A stretch of 64,000 nucleotides of DNA from assembly GCA_021462855.1 (NCBI GenBank), contig JAJTXQ010000014.1, positions 42,042-106,041 of the forward strand, read 5' to 3'. Origin of the DNA: Dehalococcoidia bacterium (GTDB lineage Bacteria; Chloroflexota; Dehalococcoidia; DSTF01; JACRBR01). Of the stretch, positions 21,180-29,831 are shown piece after piece. Position 1 is the first letter of the stretch. Each line of letters opens with the position of its first letter. Position numbers and translations under genes: made by a program. Under the pieces are notes generated by a model. It worked only from the letters and a program-made list of their open reading frames with translations. It made no database searches and was not told the DNA's origin.

Positions 21180-21371
21180 TCAGATCTTGCGCAGGATCTC
21201 GGCCGCGACGTGCGTCTTGCTGTCGGGCACCCAGATCTCGCGCGCCTGCGCCATCGGCGCGTCGCTCGTCAGCGGCGGCACGACGCGGTTCGAGACGCCC
21301 TCCGCATCGAGCAGTTCCTTCCACACCTCGGCGGCGTACCCGTTCTTCACGTCCATCAGCTTCGACCACAC
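21180..21371 (-). CDS. DUF2007-like small soluble protein embedded in the nuo operon
   Basis: 63 aa, VWSKLMDVKNGYAAEVWKELLDAEGVSNRVV...IWVPDSK..AAEIL. Strong GC3 codon bias. GTG start 16 nt after the nuoK stop with a GGAGGGA SD; its stop is 15 nt before the nuoL start. Confidence 0.5.
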   Translation of the reverse strand: MWSKLMDVKNGYAAEVWKELLDAEGVSNRVVPPLTSDAPMAQAREIWVPDSKTHVAAEILRKI

Positions 21372-21386
21372 GTCGGCGTCCCTCCG

Positions 21387-21719
21387 TTACCAGCGCAGCA
21401 GGTCAATCTCGTCGATGTTCACCGTCTCGCGGTGCCGGTACACGGCGACGGCAAGCGCGAGCGCGACCGCCGCCTCCGCCGCCGCGATGGCGATGACGAA
21501 CATCGCGAACACCTGCCCATCGAGCGGCCGCGGCGACTCCACGTAGCGCGAGAACGCGAGGAACGTCACGTTCACGGCGTTCAGCATCAACTCCACGCCC
21601 ATCAGGATGCCGACGGCGTTGCGCTTCGACAGCGAGACGTACAGGCCGATGCTGAAGAGCAGCGCGCCGATCACCAGCACGTTCTCGAGCGACACCGAGG
21701 CGAGCACGACGCTAGACAT
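21387..21719 (-). CDS. nuoK: NADH-quinone oxidoreductase subunit K
   Basis: 110 aa, 3 TM, ND4L-like (LSLSKRNAVGILMGVELMLNAVNV). Confidence 0.9.
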   Translation of the reverse strand: MSSVVLASVSLENVLVIGALLFSIGLYVSLSKRNAVGILMGVELMLNAVNVTFLAFSRYVESPRPLDGQVFAMFVIAIAAAEAAVALALAVAVYRHRETVNIDEIDLLRW

Positions 21720-22218
21720 CGTCGCCCTCCTCGCGCGTGAGCACGATCGCGCCGATCATCGCCGTCATCAGCAGCACTGAGACGACCTCGAACGGCACCA
21801 CGTACGGCTTGAGGAACGCCTCCCCGAGCGACGCCGCGGTCGCCGGAAACGCATCGCGCCCCGAGATGCGCCACTCGGTGTCGTACGCGACGAACGTCAC
21901 GATGGCGAGCACGAGGCCCGCGAGCACCGCCGCCGGCGCCTGGAAGATCGTCTCGGAGTTCCGGCGGTCCGCCGCCGGCGTAAGCATGATCGCGAACGTC
22001 ATCAGCACGCCGACCGCGCCGGCGTAGATCAGCACCTGCACCAGCGCCACGAAGTCCGCCGCCAGCACGATGTAGATGCCGGCGACGCCGACGAACGTCA
22101 GCGCCAGGAACAACACGGCGTGGACCAGGTTCCGCACCGCCGCGACCATCAGCGCGCATACCACCGTTGATACCGCGATCACCCAGAAGGCGACGACCAC
22201 GCCCGCGTCGTCGATCAC
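21712..22218 (-). CDS. nuoJ: NADH-quinone oxidoreductase subunit J
   Basis: ND6-like (LVQVLIYAGAVGVLMTFAIML). Start chosen at GTG 22218 (GAGGGAAGGA SD); the track start 22254 lacks an SD. Confidence 0.8.
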   Translation of the reverse strand: MIDDAGVVVAFWVIAVSTVVCALMVAAVRNLVHAVLFLALTFVGVAGIYIVLAADFVALVQVLIYAGAVGVLMTFAIMLTPAADRRNSETIFQAPAAVLAGLVLAIVTFVAYDTEWRISGRDAFPATAASLGEAFLKPYVVPFEVVSVLLMTAMIGAIVLTREEGDDV

Positions 22219-22261
22219 GCGCGCCGTCCTTCCCTCGCGGCGCCACCGCCGCACGCGCGCG

Positions 22262-23548
22262 TCATTGCGACTGCGTGCCCGGCTGCACCGGCGCCACCGC
22301 CGGCAGCGACGGCACGTCGATCGTCGAGTAGAAGCGCGGGCGGTCGGGGAATCGCTCGAAGCGCGGCGCGAACACGCGCACCCACGCGACGATGAGCGCC
22401 AGCGCCAGCGCGTTGTTGAGCACGACGTAGATCGGCAGCAGCACGCCCGCGCTCCAGCCTGTCTCCTCCCAGATGAGCACCTCGGCCGCGACCATCAACA
22501 CGTTGACGAGCGCCATCGGCGTCATCCACTTCCAGGCGAAGGCGAGCAACTGGTCGATGCGGAATCGCGGCAGCGTACCGCGCGTCCAGATGAAGAGGAA
22601 GTACACCGCGTACACCTTGCCGATGTAGATCATCCAGCCCGGCACGATCTCATCGAGCTTGTACGCCCACCACCCGCCCAGGAACAGCGTCGCGATGATC
22701 GCCGACACGGTGACGCAGTTGATGAGCTCCGCCGCGTAGTACAGCCCGAACTTCATCCCGGAGTACTCGACGTGGTATCCGCCCGCGATCTCGGACTCCG
22801 CCTCGGCAAGGTCCGCGGGCGTGCGGTTCAGCTCGGCCGAAGACGACATGAAGTAGATCACGAACGCCAGCGGTTGGAGCATGATGAGGAAGAGCCAGTG
22901 ATCCTCCTGGAAGCGCACGATGCCGTCGAGGTTCATCGTCCCCGCGAACATGGCGATGCCCAGCAGCGACATCACGATCGGGATCTCGTACGTCACGAGC
23001 ATCGCGATCACACGCATCGACCCGAACAGCGCGTACTTGTTGTTCGAGCCGTACCCGCCGATGAACACCGCCAGCGCCGCCAGCGACGACATCGCGAAGA
23101 TGAACACGATGCCGGCGTCGAGGCTCGCGAGCGTCATGTTGCGGCCCCACGGGACCACCGCCAGCACCGCGATCCCCGGCACGGTGAACGCGATCGGCGC
23201 CGCCGTGAACACCAGCGCGTCGGCAAGCTTCGGCTGCAGCACTTCCTTCTGCATGAGCTTGATCGCGTCGGCCAGCGGCTGCAGCAGGCCGACCGGCCCG
23301 GGGCGGTTCGGCCCCAGCCGTGACTGCATTCGCCCCACCACGCGCCGCTCGATCCAGATGTTGATGATGGCCGTCACGCCCACGAACGTCACGATGCCGG
23401 CGGCGCCGAGCAACCCGGCCACCACGTAGACGAGCCAGCCCGGCCCGCCGGCGTCGCTGACCAGGTCGCGGATCGCGCCGCTCAGGTTCGACAGGTCGCG
23501 GATGTCCCACCAGTTGTCCGTGATGATCGTCAGCAGCGCGCCGGTCAT
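22262..23548 (-). CDS. nuoH: NADH-quinone oxidoreductase subunit H
   Basis: ND1-like (RRVVGRMQSRLGPNRPGP, YEIPIVMSLLG). ATG 23548 overlaps the nuoD stop (ATGA). Confidence 0.9.
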   Translation of the reverse strand: MTGALLTIITDNWWDIRDLSNLSGAIRDLVSDAGGPGWLVYVVAGLLGAAGIVTFVGVTAIINIWIERRVVGRMQSRLGPNRPGPVGLLQPLADAIKLMQKEVLQPKLADALVFTAAPIAFTVPGIAVLAVVPWGRNMTLASLDAGIVFIFAMSSLAALAVFIGGYGSNNKYALFGSMRVIAMLVTYEIPIVMSLLGIAMFAGTMNLDGIVRFQEDHWLFLIMLQPLAFVIYFMSSSAELNRTPADLAEAESEIAGGYHVEYSGMKFGLYYAAELINCVTVSAIIATLFLGGWWAYKLDEIVPGWMIYIGKVYAVYFLFIWTRGTLPRFRIDQLLAFAWKWMTPMALVNVLMVAAEVLIWEETGWSAGVLLPIYVVLNNALALALIVAWVRVFAPRFERFPDRPRFYSTIDVPSLPAVAPVQPGTQSQ

Positions 23549-24651
23549 CGGTCCACCTCGCCGACGTTGATGTCGATGCTGCCGAGCGTGACGATCGCGT
23601 CGGCGATCGACTGGCCGATCGTCATCTGCGGCAGCACGCTGAGGTTGATCAGCGATGGCGCGCGCACGTGCCAGCGATAGGGCGCCGGCCCGCCGTCGCT
23701 CACGACGTAGAACCCGAGTTCGCCCTTCGGCGACTCGACGCGCGAATACGCCTCTCCGGCCGGCGGCCGCAGCGCGAGCGGCACGTCGACCTTGTGCGGG
23801 CCGTCCGGCAACTCGGCCATGCACTGACGGATGATCCGCAAGCTTTGCTTCATCTCCTCGATCCGGATCACCATCCGGTCATACGAATCGCCGTTGTAGC
23901 CGACCGGGATCTCAAAGTTCATCCGGTCGTACACGCAATAGGGGTCCGCCTTCCGGATATCCCACGCGATGCCGGCGCTGCGCAGCATCGGCCCGCTGAG
24001 CGAGGCGTTGATCGCCATCTCCGGCGTCACGACACCGACGTCGCGCGAGCGCATGAGGATGATCTCGTTTCCGACGATCAGGTTCTCGAGCTCCTCGAAG
24101 CGCGCCGGCAGGTCGTCGTTCACGAGCCAGTCGAGCGCCGGCAAGAACTCGTCCGGGATGTCGAATGCCACGCCGCCGATCCGCATGTAATTCGTGGTGA
24201 TGCGCGCGCCGCACGTCATCTCGAACAGGTCGAGCACCTTCTCGCGGTCGCGGAAGGTGTACATCACCGGCGTCTGCCAGGCGCCGCAGTCGTTGATGAA
24301 CGCGCCGGTCGCCATGCAGTGGCTCGCCACGCGTTGCAGCTCCGAGAACATCGTCCGCAGGTACTGCGCGCGTTCCGGCACGTCGATGCCCGCGAGCTTC
24401 TCCACCGACAGGCAGTAGCCGAGATTCCCGGTCATCGCCGCCAGGTAATCCATGCGGTCCGTGAACGGGATGTTCTGCGTGTACGTGCGCTCTTCGGCCA
24501 GCTTTTCCATGCTGCGGTGCAGGTAGCCGACGACCATCTTCACGTCGGTGACGCGCTCGCCGTCGATCCGCGCGACCATGCGGAACACGCCGTGCGTGCT
24601 CGGGTGCTGCGGTCCGATGTTGACTTCGACGGGCTCCGACTTGATCGGCAC
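23545..24651 (-). CDS. nuoD: NADH-quinone oxidoreductase subunit D (49 kDa)
   Basis: VNIGPQHPSTHGVFRMV... and C-terminal GELGFYVVSDGG...RAPSLINL match Nqo4/NuoD. Confidence 0.9.
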   Translation of the reverse strand: MPIKSEPVEVNIGPQHPSTHGVFRMVARIDGERVTDVKMVVGYLHRSMEKLAEERTYTQNIPFTDRMDYLAAMTGNLGYCLSVEKLAGIDVPERAQYLRTMFSELQRVASHCMATGAFINDCGAWQTPVMYTFRDREKVLDLFEMTCGARITTNYMRIGGVAFDIPDEFLPALDWLVNDDLPARFEELENLIVGNEIILMRSRDVGVVTPEMAINASLSGPMLRSAGIAWDIRKADPYCVYDRMNFEIPVGYNGDSYDRMVIRIEEMKQSLRIIRQCMAELPDGPHKVDVPLALRPPAGEAYSRVESPKGELGFYVVSDGGPAPYRWHVRAPSLINLSVLPQMTIGQSIADAIVTLGSIDINVGEVDR

Positions 24652-24669
24652 GTGATCCTGCTTCGCGCG

Positions 24670-25233
24670 TTATGGCGCGCCCGCGCCCGCGTCGCGCGGG
24701 CGGAACTCGCCGCCGGTCTGCCCCGGCGCCTGCTTCGGGAACTGGCTCAGCCCCGACTTCTGCCCTCCCGGCAACGACATGAAGTCCTTGCGCAACGGGT
24801 GCCCCGGGAACTTGTCCCAGAGGAAGAGGCGCGTGAGCTCCGGGTGGCCCTCGAACGCCACGCCCATCAGGTCGTACACCTCGCGCTCCTGCAGCGTGGC
24901 GCCGATCCAGAGCGGGGCGACCGATGCCACGGCGGGGCGCTCGTGATCCGCCGGCACCTTCACCTCGAAAATGTGGTTCCGCGCCAGCGATGCCAGGTGG
25001 TAGACGACGTCGATGCGCGTGATCATGTCCACGCTGCACATCTGCACCAGGTACTTCGCATCGAGTTCGGGGTCGTCGCGCATGAACGCCATGGCCGCGA
25101 ACAGCGAAGCCGGTTCAAGCACGACGTGTTCGGCGAACGCCTCACGCACGGCGCCCGGCAGCGCCGCGCCCAACCGCTCGGCGACAGCCGTGCCCGGCAG
25201 CGTGACCGTGGCGGGATGCGGCACTACTTCCAC
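24670..25233 (-). CDS. nuoC: NADH-quinone oxidoreductase subunit C (30 kDa)
   Basis: NuoC-like core (EREVYDLMGVAFEGHPELTRLFL). Start is GTG 25233 or 25224, overlapping the nuoA stop, so no room for nuoB. Confidence 0.8.
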   Translation of the reverse strand: MEVVPHPATVTLPGTAVAERLGAALPGAVREAFAEHVVLEPASLFAAMAFMRDDPELDAKYLVQMCSVDMITRIDVVYHLASLARNHIFEVKVPADHERPAVASVAPLWIGATLQEREVYDLMGVAFEGHPELTRLFLWDKFPGHPLRKDFMSLPGGQKSGLSQFPKQAPGQTGGEFRPRDAGAGAP

Positions 25234-25595
25234 TCCATCGCGCCCTTGCGCCACGCGTACGCATATCCGACGAACAGGATCCCCAGGAACAGCACCACCT
25301 CGACGAACGCGTACAGGCCGAGCTGCCGGTACGTCACCGCCCAGGGATACAGGAACACCGCCTCGACATCGAAAATCACGAACAGCAGGCCGAACACGTA
25401 GTACCGCACGTTGTAGCGGACCTGCGCGTTGCCGATCGGCACCATGCCGCACTCGTAGATCGACTCCTTGACCGGATCCGGCTTCCGCGGGCGGATCTTG
25501 AACACCCCGAGCACCACCGAGGCAACGATTGGGAGCAGGGGGAACGCGACCGCAAACAGGAGCAGGAACCCGGCGCGGCCGAATTGCTCAATCAA
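25224..25595 (-). CDS. nuoA: NADH-quinone oxidoreductase subunit A
   Basis: 123 aa, ND3-like (YECGMVPIGNAQVRYNVRYYVFGLLFVIFDVEAVFLYPWA); AGGGAGCAAGAG SD. Confidence 0.85.
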   Translation of the reverse strand: MIEQFGRAGFLLLFAVAFPLLPIVASVVLGVFKIRPRKPDPVKESIYECGMVPIGNAQVRYNVRYYVFGLLFVIFDVEAVFLYPWAVTYRQLGLYAFVEVVLFLGILFVGYAYAWRKGAMEWK

Positions 25596-25829
25596 CTGCT
25601 CTTGCTCCCTGGCGGCACTTTGTGAATTTCTGCGCTAGCGCGCGGAATATATCACAGGCCCCCTGCACGGACAACAGAATCGTGCCCCCGGAACCCTGCC
25701 CAGAGTAGGCGTTCCTGCCACCTCGGCCAATCCCGTTCCACTACGGGCCTTACGCCCCTCAAGTACGGGAAAACCCTGCCGATAGCTCCTGTAGCAGAAG
25801 GAAACCGCATCTCAGCTCGGAGGTAACCG

Positions 25830-25919
25830 ATGTCCCGCTACATCACTGCAGCCCTCATCGCCGGTAACTTCATCGCCGTGGTCGCCATCGCTGCCGCGCC
25901 GTGGTCCTGGGGCCGCTAA
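25830..25919 (+). CDS. 29-aa hydrophobic micro-ORF (MSRYITAALIAGNFIAVVAIAAAPWSWGR)
   Basis: ATG at 25830 with a GGAGGT SD 6 nt upstream; single predicted TM; TAA stop; 100 nt upstream of a polytopic membrane protein. Too short for the ORF track. Confidence 0.35.
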   Translation: MSRYITAALIAGNFIAVVAIAAAPWSWGR

Positions 25920-26020
25920 CCGGCCGCCGGCAAGCGAAACGCGATGCCCCGCCTGGCGGGGCATCTTCGCATCTGCGGCAGAAGCCGATACTCCGGCGGC
26001 CGCACCGACCGGGGAGAGCC

Positions 26021-26590
26021 ATGCCGACGCCCACCAACCGCATCGTCCTGAGCACATCGCTGGCGCTCGCGCTCCTGCTCGCCCAGGCGCTGACCATCCG
26101 CTTCGCGCCGTCCGAGCTTGCCGTGCGCATCGTCCTGCCCGCGACGATCGCGCTCGTGCCGCTCGCGCTGTGGCCGCAGCGGCGCTTCGCGGGCGTGTGG
26201 GTGATGTTCGTTGGCCTTGCCGCGAACCTCGCGGCGATCCTCTCGAACGGCGGACTGATGCCGATCCGTTACGACACCGTCGTCCACGCCGTCGGCGAAG
26301 CACGCGCGGCCACGTATGCGCCCGGCGCCTGGATGCCCCGCTCGAAGGACGTGCTGCTGGCGCCCGGCGACGGGCGCCTCGTCGCGCTCGGCGACGAGAT
26401 CATCGTGCGCACCGGGCGGCGCGGGTTCGCCGTGAGCGCCGGCGACCTCGTCATCCTCGCAGGCATGGCCGTGCTCGTCGCACAGGCGTCGTGGGAGTGG
26501 CAGCGGCGGCGCGCGCCACGGGGGGAGGGCGGCGTGCCTACTCCTCGCGCGGCACGCCACCCCGCCACCACGGGGCGTACCCCGCGATAG
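26021..26590 (+). CDS. polytopic membrane protein of unknown function (DUF5317-like by recollection)
   Basis: ATG 26021 with GGGGAGAG SD; about 4 TM helices; NGGLMPIR and GDEIIVRTG..SAGDLVILAG motifs. Family assignment is from memory and not verified. Confidence 0.5.
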   Translation: MPTPTNRIVLSTSLALALLLAQALTIRFAPSELAVRIVLPATIALVPLALWPQRRFAGVWVMFVGLAANLAAILSNGGLMPIRYDTVVHAVGEARAATYAPGAWMPRSKDVLLAPGDGRLVALGDEIIVRTGRRGFAVSAGDLVILAGMAVLVAQASWEWQRRRAPRGEGGVPTPRAARHPATTGRTPR

Positions 26591-26766
26591 CGAGGGCAAG
26601 GTCTATCGCGGACGCCACCGGAGCCATCGTATGGCCGCTGTCTGACGAGATTCTGACCGCCGCACGTTGGTGATACCCCGGTCGCCGCGCCACTTCGCCA
26701 TGTCAACGGCGCGAACGCAAGGGAGGCCCGGCGGGCCTCCCCTGTCGCGCGATCCGTATCTCCGCG

Positions 26767-27051
26767 CTAGCCGGTGATGGCGTCGACCTTCGCCCGCGCG
26801 GCCGCCTTGTCCTTGTACCACAGCGCATTGATCTCGGTGAACGGCTTCGCGGCGTCCGGCACGTCGTCCTCGGCGAAGATCGCGTTCACCGGGCATGCCG
26901 GCTCGCAGGCGCCGCAGTCGATGCACTCGTCCGGGTCGATGTACAGCAGCTTGTCATCGTCGCCTTCGTCGTGGATGCAGTCCACCGGACAGACGTCCAC
27001 GCACGAGCGGTCCTTCGTGCCGATGCAGGGGTCGGTGATGACGTAGGCCAT
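26767..27051 (-). CDS. fdxA: 7Fe ferredoxin ([3Fe-4S][4Fe-4S], FdxA-type)
   Basis: [30 protein letters not shown]...[18 protein letters not shown]: CxxDxxC...CP and CxxCxxC...CP motifs. Confidence 0.85.
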   Translation of the reverse strand: MAYVITDPCIGTKDRSCVDVCPVDCIHDEGDDDKLLYIDPDECIDCGACEPACPVNAIFAEDDVPDAAKPFTEINALWYKDKAAARAKVDAITG

Positions 27052-27132
27052 GGTTTGAGTTCGCTCCTTGTGTGCCTTTCCGAGTCGCTGGTCCGGCGAT
27101 CCGCGGGCATTGTAGGCACGGCCCAACGCTAA

Positions 27133-27624
27133 GTGAAGGAGGTTTGCGAAGTCTTTGCTTCGCTTATCCAGCGGATTGTCGGAATCGATACCCGGCCCGA
27201 CAATGCCACCGTGGATGACTCACGCGACCCCATCCTGCGTCGCATCGCGGCGCTCGCCGGCGAGTACGATGCGACGGCGGAGCCGTTCGTCGTGCAGTGC
27301 CTGCACGCCGGGCACGATGTCGCCATCGCCGCCGCGGCGCTCGACCTGCTCTGCCGCCGCTGGAGCCGCACCGCGGAGTACCTCGACGCGGTGCATCTCT
27401 TCGTGCGCGGCGTCGCGTGGGACGAGGGCGACCGGCTCCGGCTCGCTGCCATCGCCATTGCCGGCGCGTGGCTCCAGGAGCGCGAGGACCTGCCGCTGCT
27501 CTATGAGCTCATCGACATCGCCGAACGCGGCGACGGCGCCAGCGACGCCGTGCGCGACGGCGCGGTGCGCGCGCTCGCGCGTGCGACGGGCTATCGCGGC
27601 AAGCCGATCAGCCTCGACCTCTAA
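27133..27624 (+). CDS. hypothetical protein (alpha-helical)
   Basis: ORF with GTG 27133; the first ~25 codons have atypical low GC3, so the true start may be further downstream. No recognisable family. Confidence 0.3.
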   Translation: MKEVCEVFASLIQRIVGIDTRPDNATVDDSRDPILRRIAALAGEYDATAEPFVVQCLHAGHDVAIAAAALDLLCRRWSRTAEYLDAVHLFVRGVAWDEGDRLRLAAIAIAGAWLQEREDLPLLYELIDIAERGDGASDAVRDGAVRALARATGYRGKPISLDL

Positions 27625-27923
27625 CCCGCGCCCTCGTACCGCGCGGCGATCAGCGCCAGCAGCACGACCGATGGCGCGTAGTACACGAACCCCGCGTATC
27701 CGACCGCCGACGCCAGTGCGATTACAACTACGATCGCCGCACCCGCCCACACGCGCGCCGGCGCGAGCAGCCACCGCGCGCCCAACGGCATCGCCGCATA
27801 GAAGCCGATCGCGATCCCGAGGAACACGACGCGCGCCGTGTCCGCGGCCGTCCCATCGAACTCGGCGCGGCAGATGCGCCACACGGAAACGGCGACCCCC
27901 CAGAGCGCCGCCGTGTTGAGCAT
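27621..27923 (-). CDS. small membrane protein downstream of cimA
   Basis: About 101 aa from MLNTAALWGVAVSVW..., 3 TM, good GC3 bias; its start is 18 nt after the cimA stop. Confidence 0.4.
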   Translation of the reverse strand: MLNTAALWGVAVSVWRICRAEFDGTAADTARVVFLGIAIGFYAAMPLGARWLLAPARVWAGAAIVVVIALASAVGYAGFVYYAPSVVLLALIAARYEGAG

Positions 27924-27940
27924 CGACTGCCAGATCACCG

Positions 27941-29530
27941 TTAACCCGGCACGTAGCCCGCGCGCTTCACGAGGAAGTACTCGAGCGAGTCCGCCAGCGC
28001 CAGCCACGACGCCTCGATGATGTCCGTGCTCGCGCCGACCGTCGTCCAGAAGTGCCCGCCGTCCGTCGACTCGATGAGCACCCGCACCGCAGCGCTCGTC
28101 CCCGCCGCCGAGTCGATGATGCGCACCTTGAAGTCGACGAGCTTCACCGCGTAGATCGTCGGGAAGAACTCCACCAGCGCCTTGCGCACGGCGGCGTCAA
28201 GCGCGTTTACCGGCCCGTTGCCCTCGGCCGCGGTCTGGCGCTGCGTCCCCTCGACGCGCACTTTCGCCATCGCCTCGGCCTGCATCTCGCGGTCGTGGTT
28301 GGCATCGGCGGCGGCGCGGCGCTCCACGATCCAGAAGTCATCGAGCTCAAATGGTGGCGTGTAGCCCGGCTGCAGGCGCCGCACGAGCATCTCGAACGAC
28401 GCTTCCGCGCCCTCGTACTGGTACCCCTTCGACTCCTGCTCGTTCACGGTCTCCTGCAGGTCGCGCGCCTCGTCGCGCGAGAGATCGAACTCCACGCCGA
28501 GTTCCTTGAGCTTCTGCTGCACGCCGCGGCTGCCGCCGAGCTCCGAGACGAGCATCCGCCGCTGGTTGCCGACGGCCTCCGGCGGCACGTGCTGATAGCT
28601 GGCGTCCGTCTTCAGTACCGCGGCGACGTGCAGCCCGCCCTTGTGCGTGAACGCCGACGTGCCGACGTACGGCTGGTACGGGTTCGGCACCATGTTCACG
28701 ACCTCGCTGATGTAGTGACTGACGTCGGTCAGCATCGCGAGCTGCTCGTCGCTGATGACATCGATCCCCATCTTCAGCTTGAGGTCGGCGATGATGCTGG
28801 TGAGGTTGGCGTTCCCGCAGCGCTCGCCGTATCCGTTGACGCACGCCTGTACCTGCCGCACGCCCTCCTGCACCGCCGCAAGCGAATTCGCGACGGCGAG
28901 GTCGGCGTCGTTGTGCGTATGGATGCCGAGGGGCGCATCGACCTGCGCCTTCACCGCGCGCAGCACATCGATGAGCTCGTGCGTCAGCATGCCCCCGTTC
29001 GTGTCGCACAGCACCAGGCAGTCGGCGCCGGCGCTCGCGGCCGCCTTCAGGCAACGCACGGCGTACGAGGCATCGGACATGTAGCCGTCGAAGAAGTGCT
29101 CGGCGTCGAAGAACACCGTGCGGCCGTTCTGCTTCATGAACCGCACGGAGTCGGCGATCATCGCCAGGTTCTCCTCGAGCGACGTCTCGAGCACGTCGCG
29201 CACGTGCATGTCGCTCGTCTTGCCGACGAGCGTGACCACGGGCGTGCGCGCGTCGAGGAGCGCGCGCAGGTTGGCGTCGCTCTCCGTCTCGCCGCCCGCC
29301 TTGCGTGTCGAGCCGAACGCGGCGAGCCGCGCGTTCTGCAGGTTCAGCGACTGCGCGCGCACGAAGAACTCGGCGTCCTTCGGGTTGCTCCCGGGCCACC
29401 CGCCTTCGATGTACTGCACGCCGAGCTCGTCAAGCTTGCGCGCGATCTTGAGCTTGTCCTCGACGGATAGCGACATGCCTTCCATCTGGGCGCCGTCGCG
29501 CAGCGTTGTGTCGTAGAGTTCGAGCTTCAT
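27941..29530 (-). CDS. cimA: (R)-citramalate synthase / 2-isopropylmalate synthase family (CimA-like)
   Basis: MKLELYDTTLRDGAQMEGMSLSVEDKLKIARKLDELGVQYIEGGWPGSNPKD..., HTHNDADLAVANSL, and a C-terminal LeuA-dimer regulatory domain. Confidence 0.85.
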   Translation of the reverse strand: MKLELYDTTLRDGAQMEGMSLSVEDKLKIARKLDELGVQYIEGGWPGSNPKDAEFFVRAQSLNLQNARLAAFGSTRKAGGETESDANLRALLDARTPVVTLVGKTSDMHVRDVLETSLEENLAMIADSVRFMKQNGRTVFFDAEHFFDGYMSDASYAVRCLKAAASAGADCLVLCDTNGGMLTHELIDVLRAVKAQVDAPLGIHTHNDADLAVANSLAAVQEGVRQVQACVNGYGERCGNANLTSIIADLKLKMGIDVISDEQLAMLTDVSHYISEVVNMVPNPYQPYVGTSAFTHKGGLHVAAVLKTDASYQHVPPEAVGNQRRMLVSELGGSRGVQQKLKELGVEFDLSRDEARDLQETVNEQESKGYQYEGAEASFEMLVRRLQPGYTPPFELDDFWIVERRAAADANHDREMQAEAMAKVRVEGTQRQTAAEGNGPVNALDAAVRKALVEFFPTIYAVKLVDFKVRIIDSAAGTSAAVRVLIESTDGGHFWTTVGASTDIIEASWLALADSLEYFLVKRAGYVPG

Positions 29531-29831
29531 GTCGGGGTCTCCTGGCTCATCCGCCGCCGAGTATCACGATCGGCGGCCCGGCTGTCTATCGGGGGAGTGA
29601 CCGACAGCCGATGGCGCCCCGCGGCGATGAACCGCGGGTTGGCGTTCCTCCGGTGAGCAGGTACGACTTCATCGCGCAAAGCCTAACACATCGCGCAGCC
29701 CTCGATGGCCGGGGCGCCGGCTCCCTACTACCTTTGTTCGTGCGGCGGGGTTACGATCACCGTGTGAATCGAGAGGACGCGCGCGCCGCGCATGACCGGG
29801 TGCCCCTCGCCGGCGCCGTGGCGGGAAGCGC

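Noticed and set aside
22076-25452. ORFs 22076..23323 (+), 22650..23510 (-), 23668..25401 (+) and 23912..25039 (-) over nuoH/D/C
   Set aside because: Shadow frames.
29700-29831. Possible ydaO (c-di-AMP) riboswitch before the APC/Kim-like permease
   Set aside because: I cannot reproduce the consensus from memory and see no convincing pseudo-symmetric structure; not supported.
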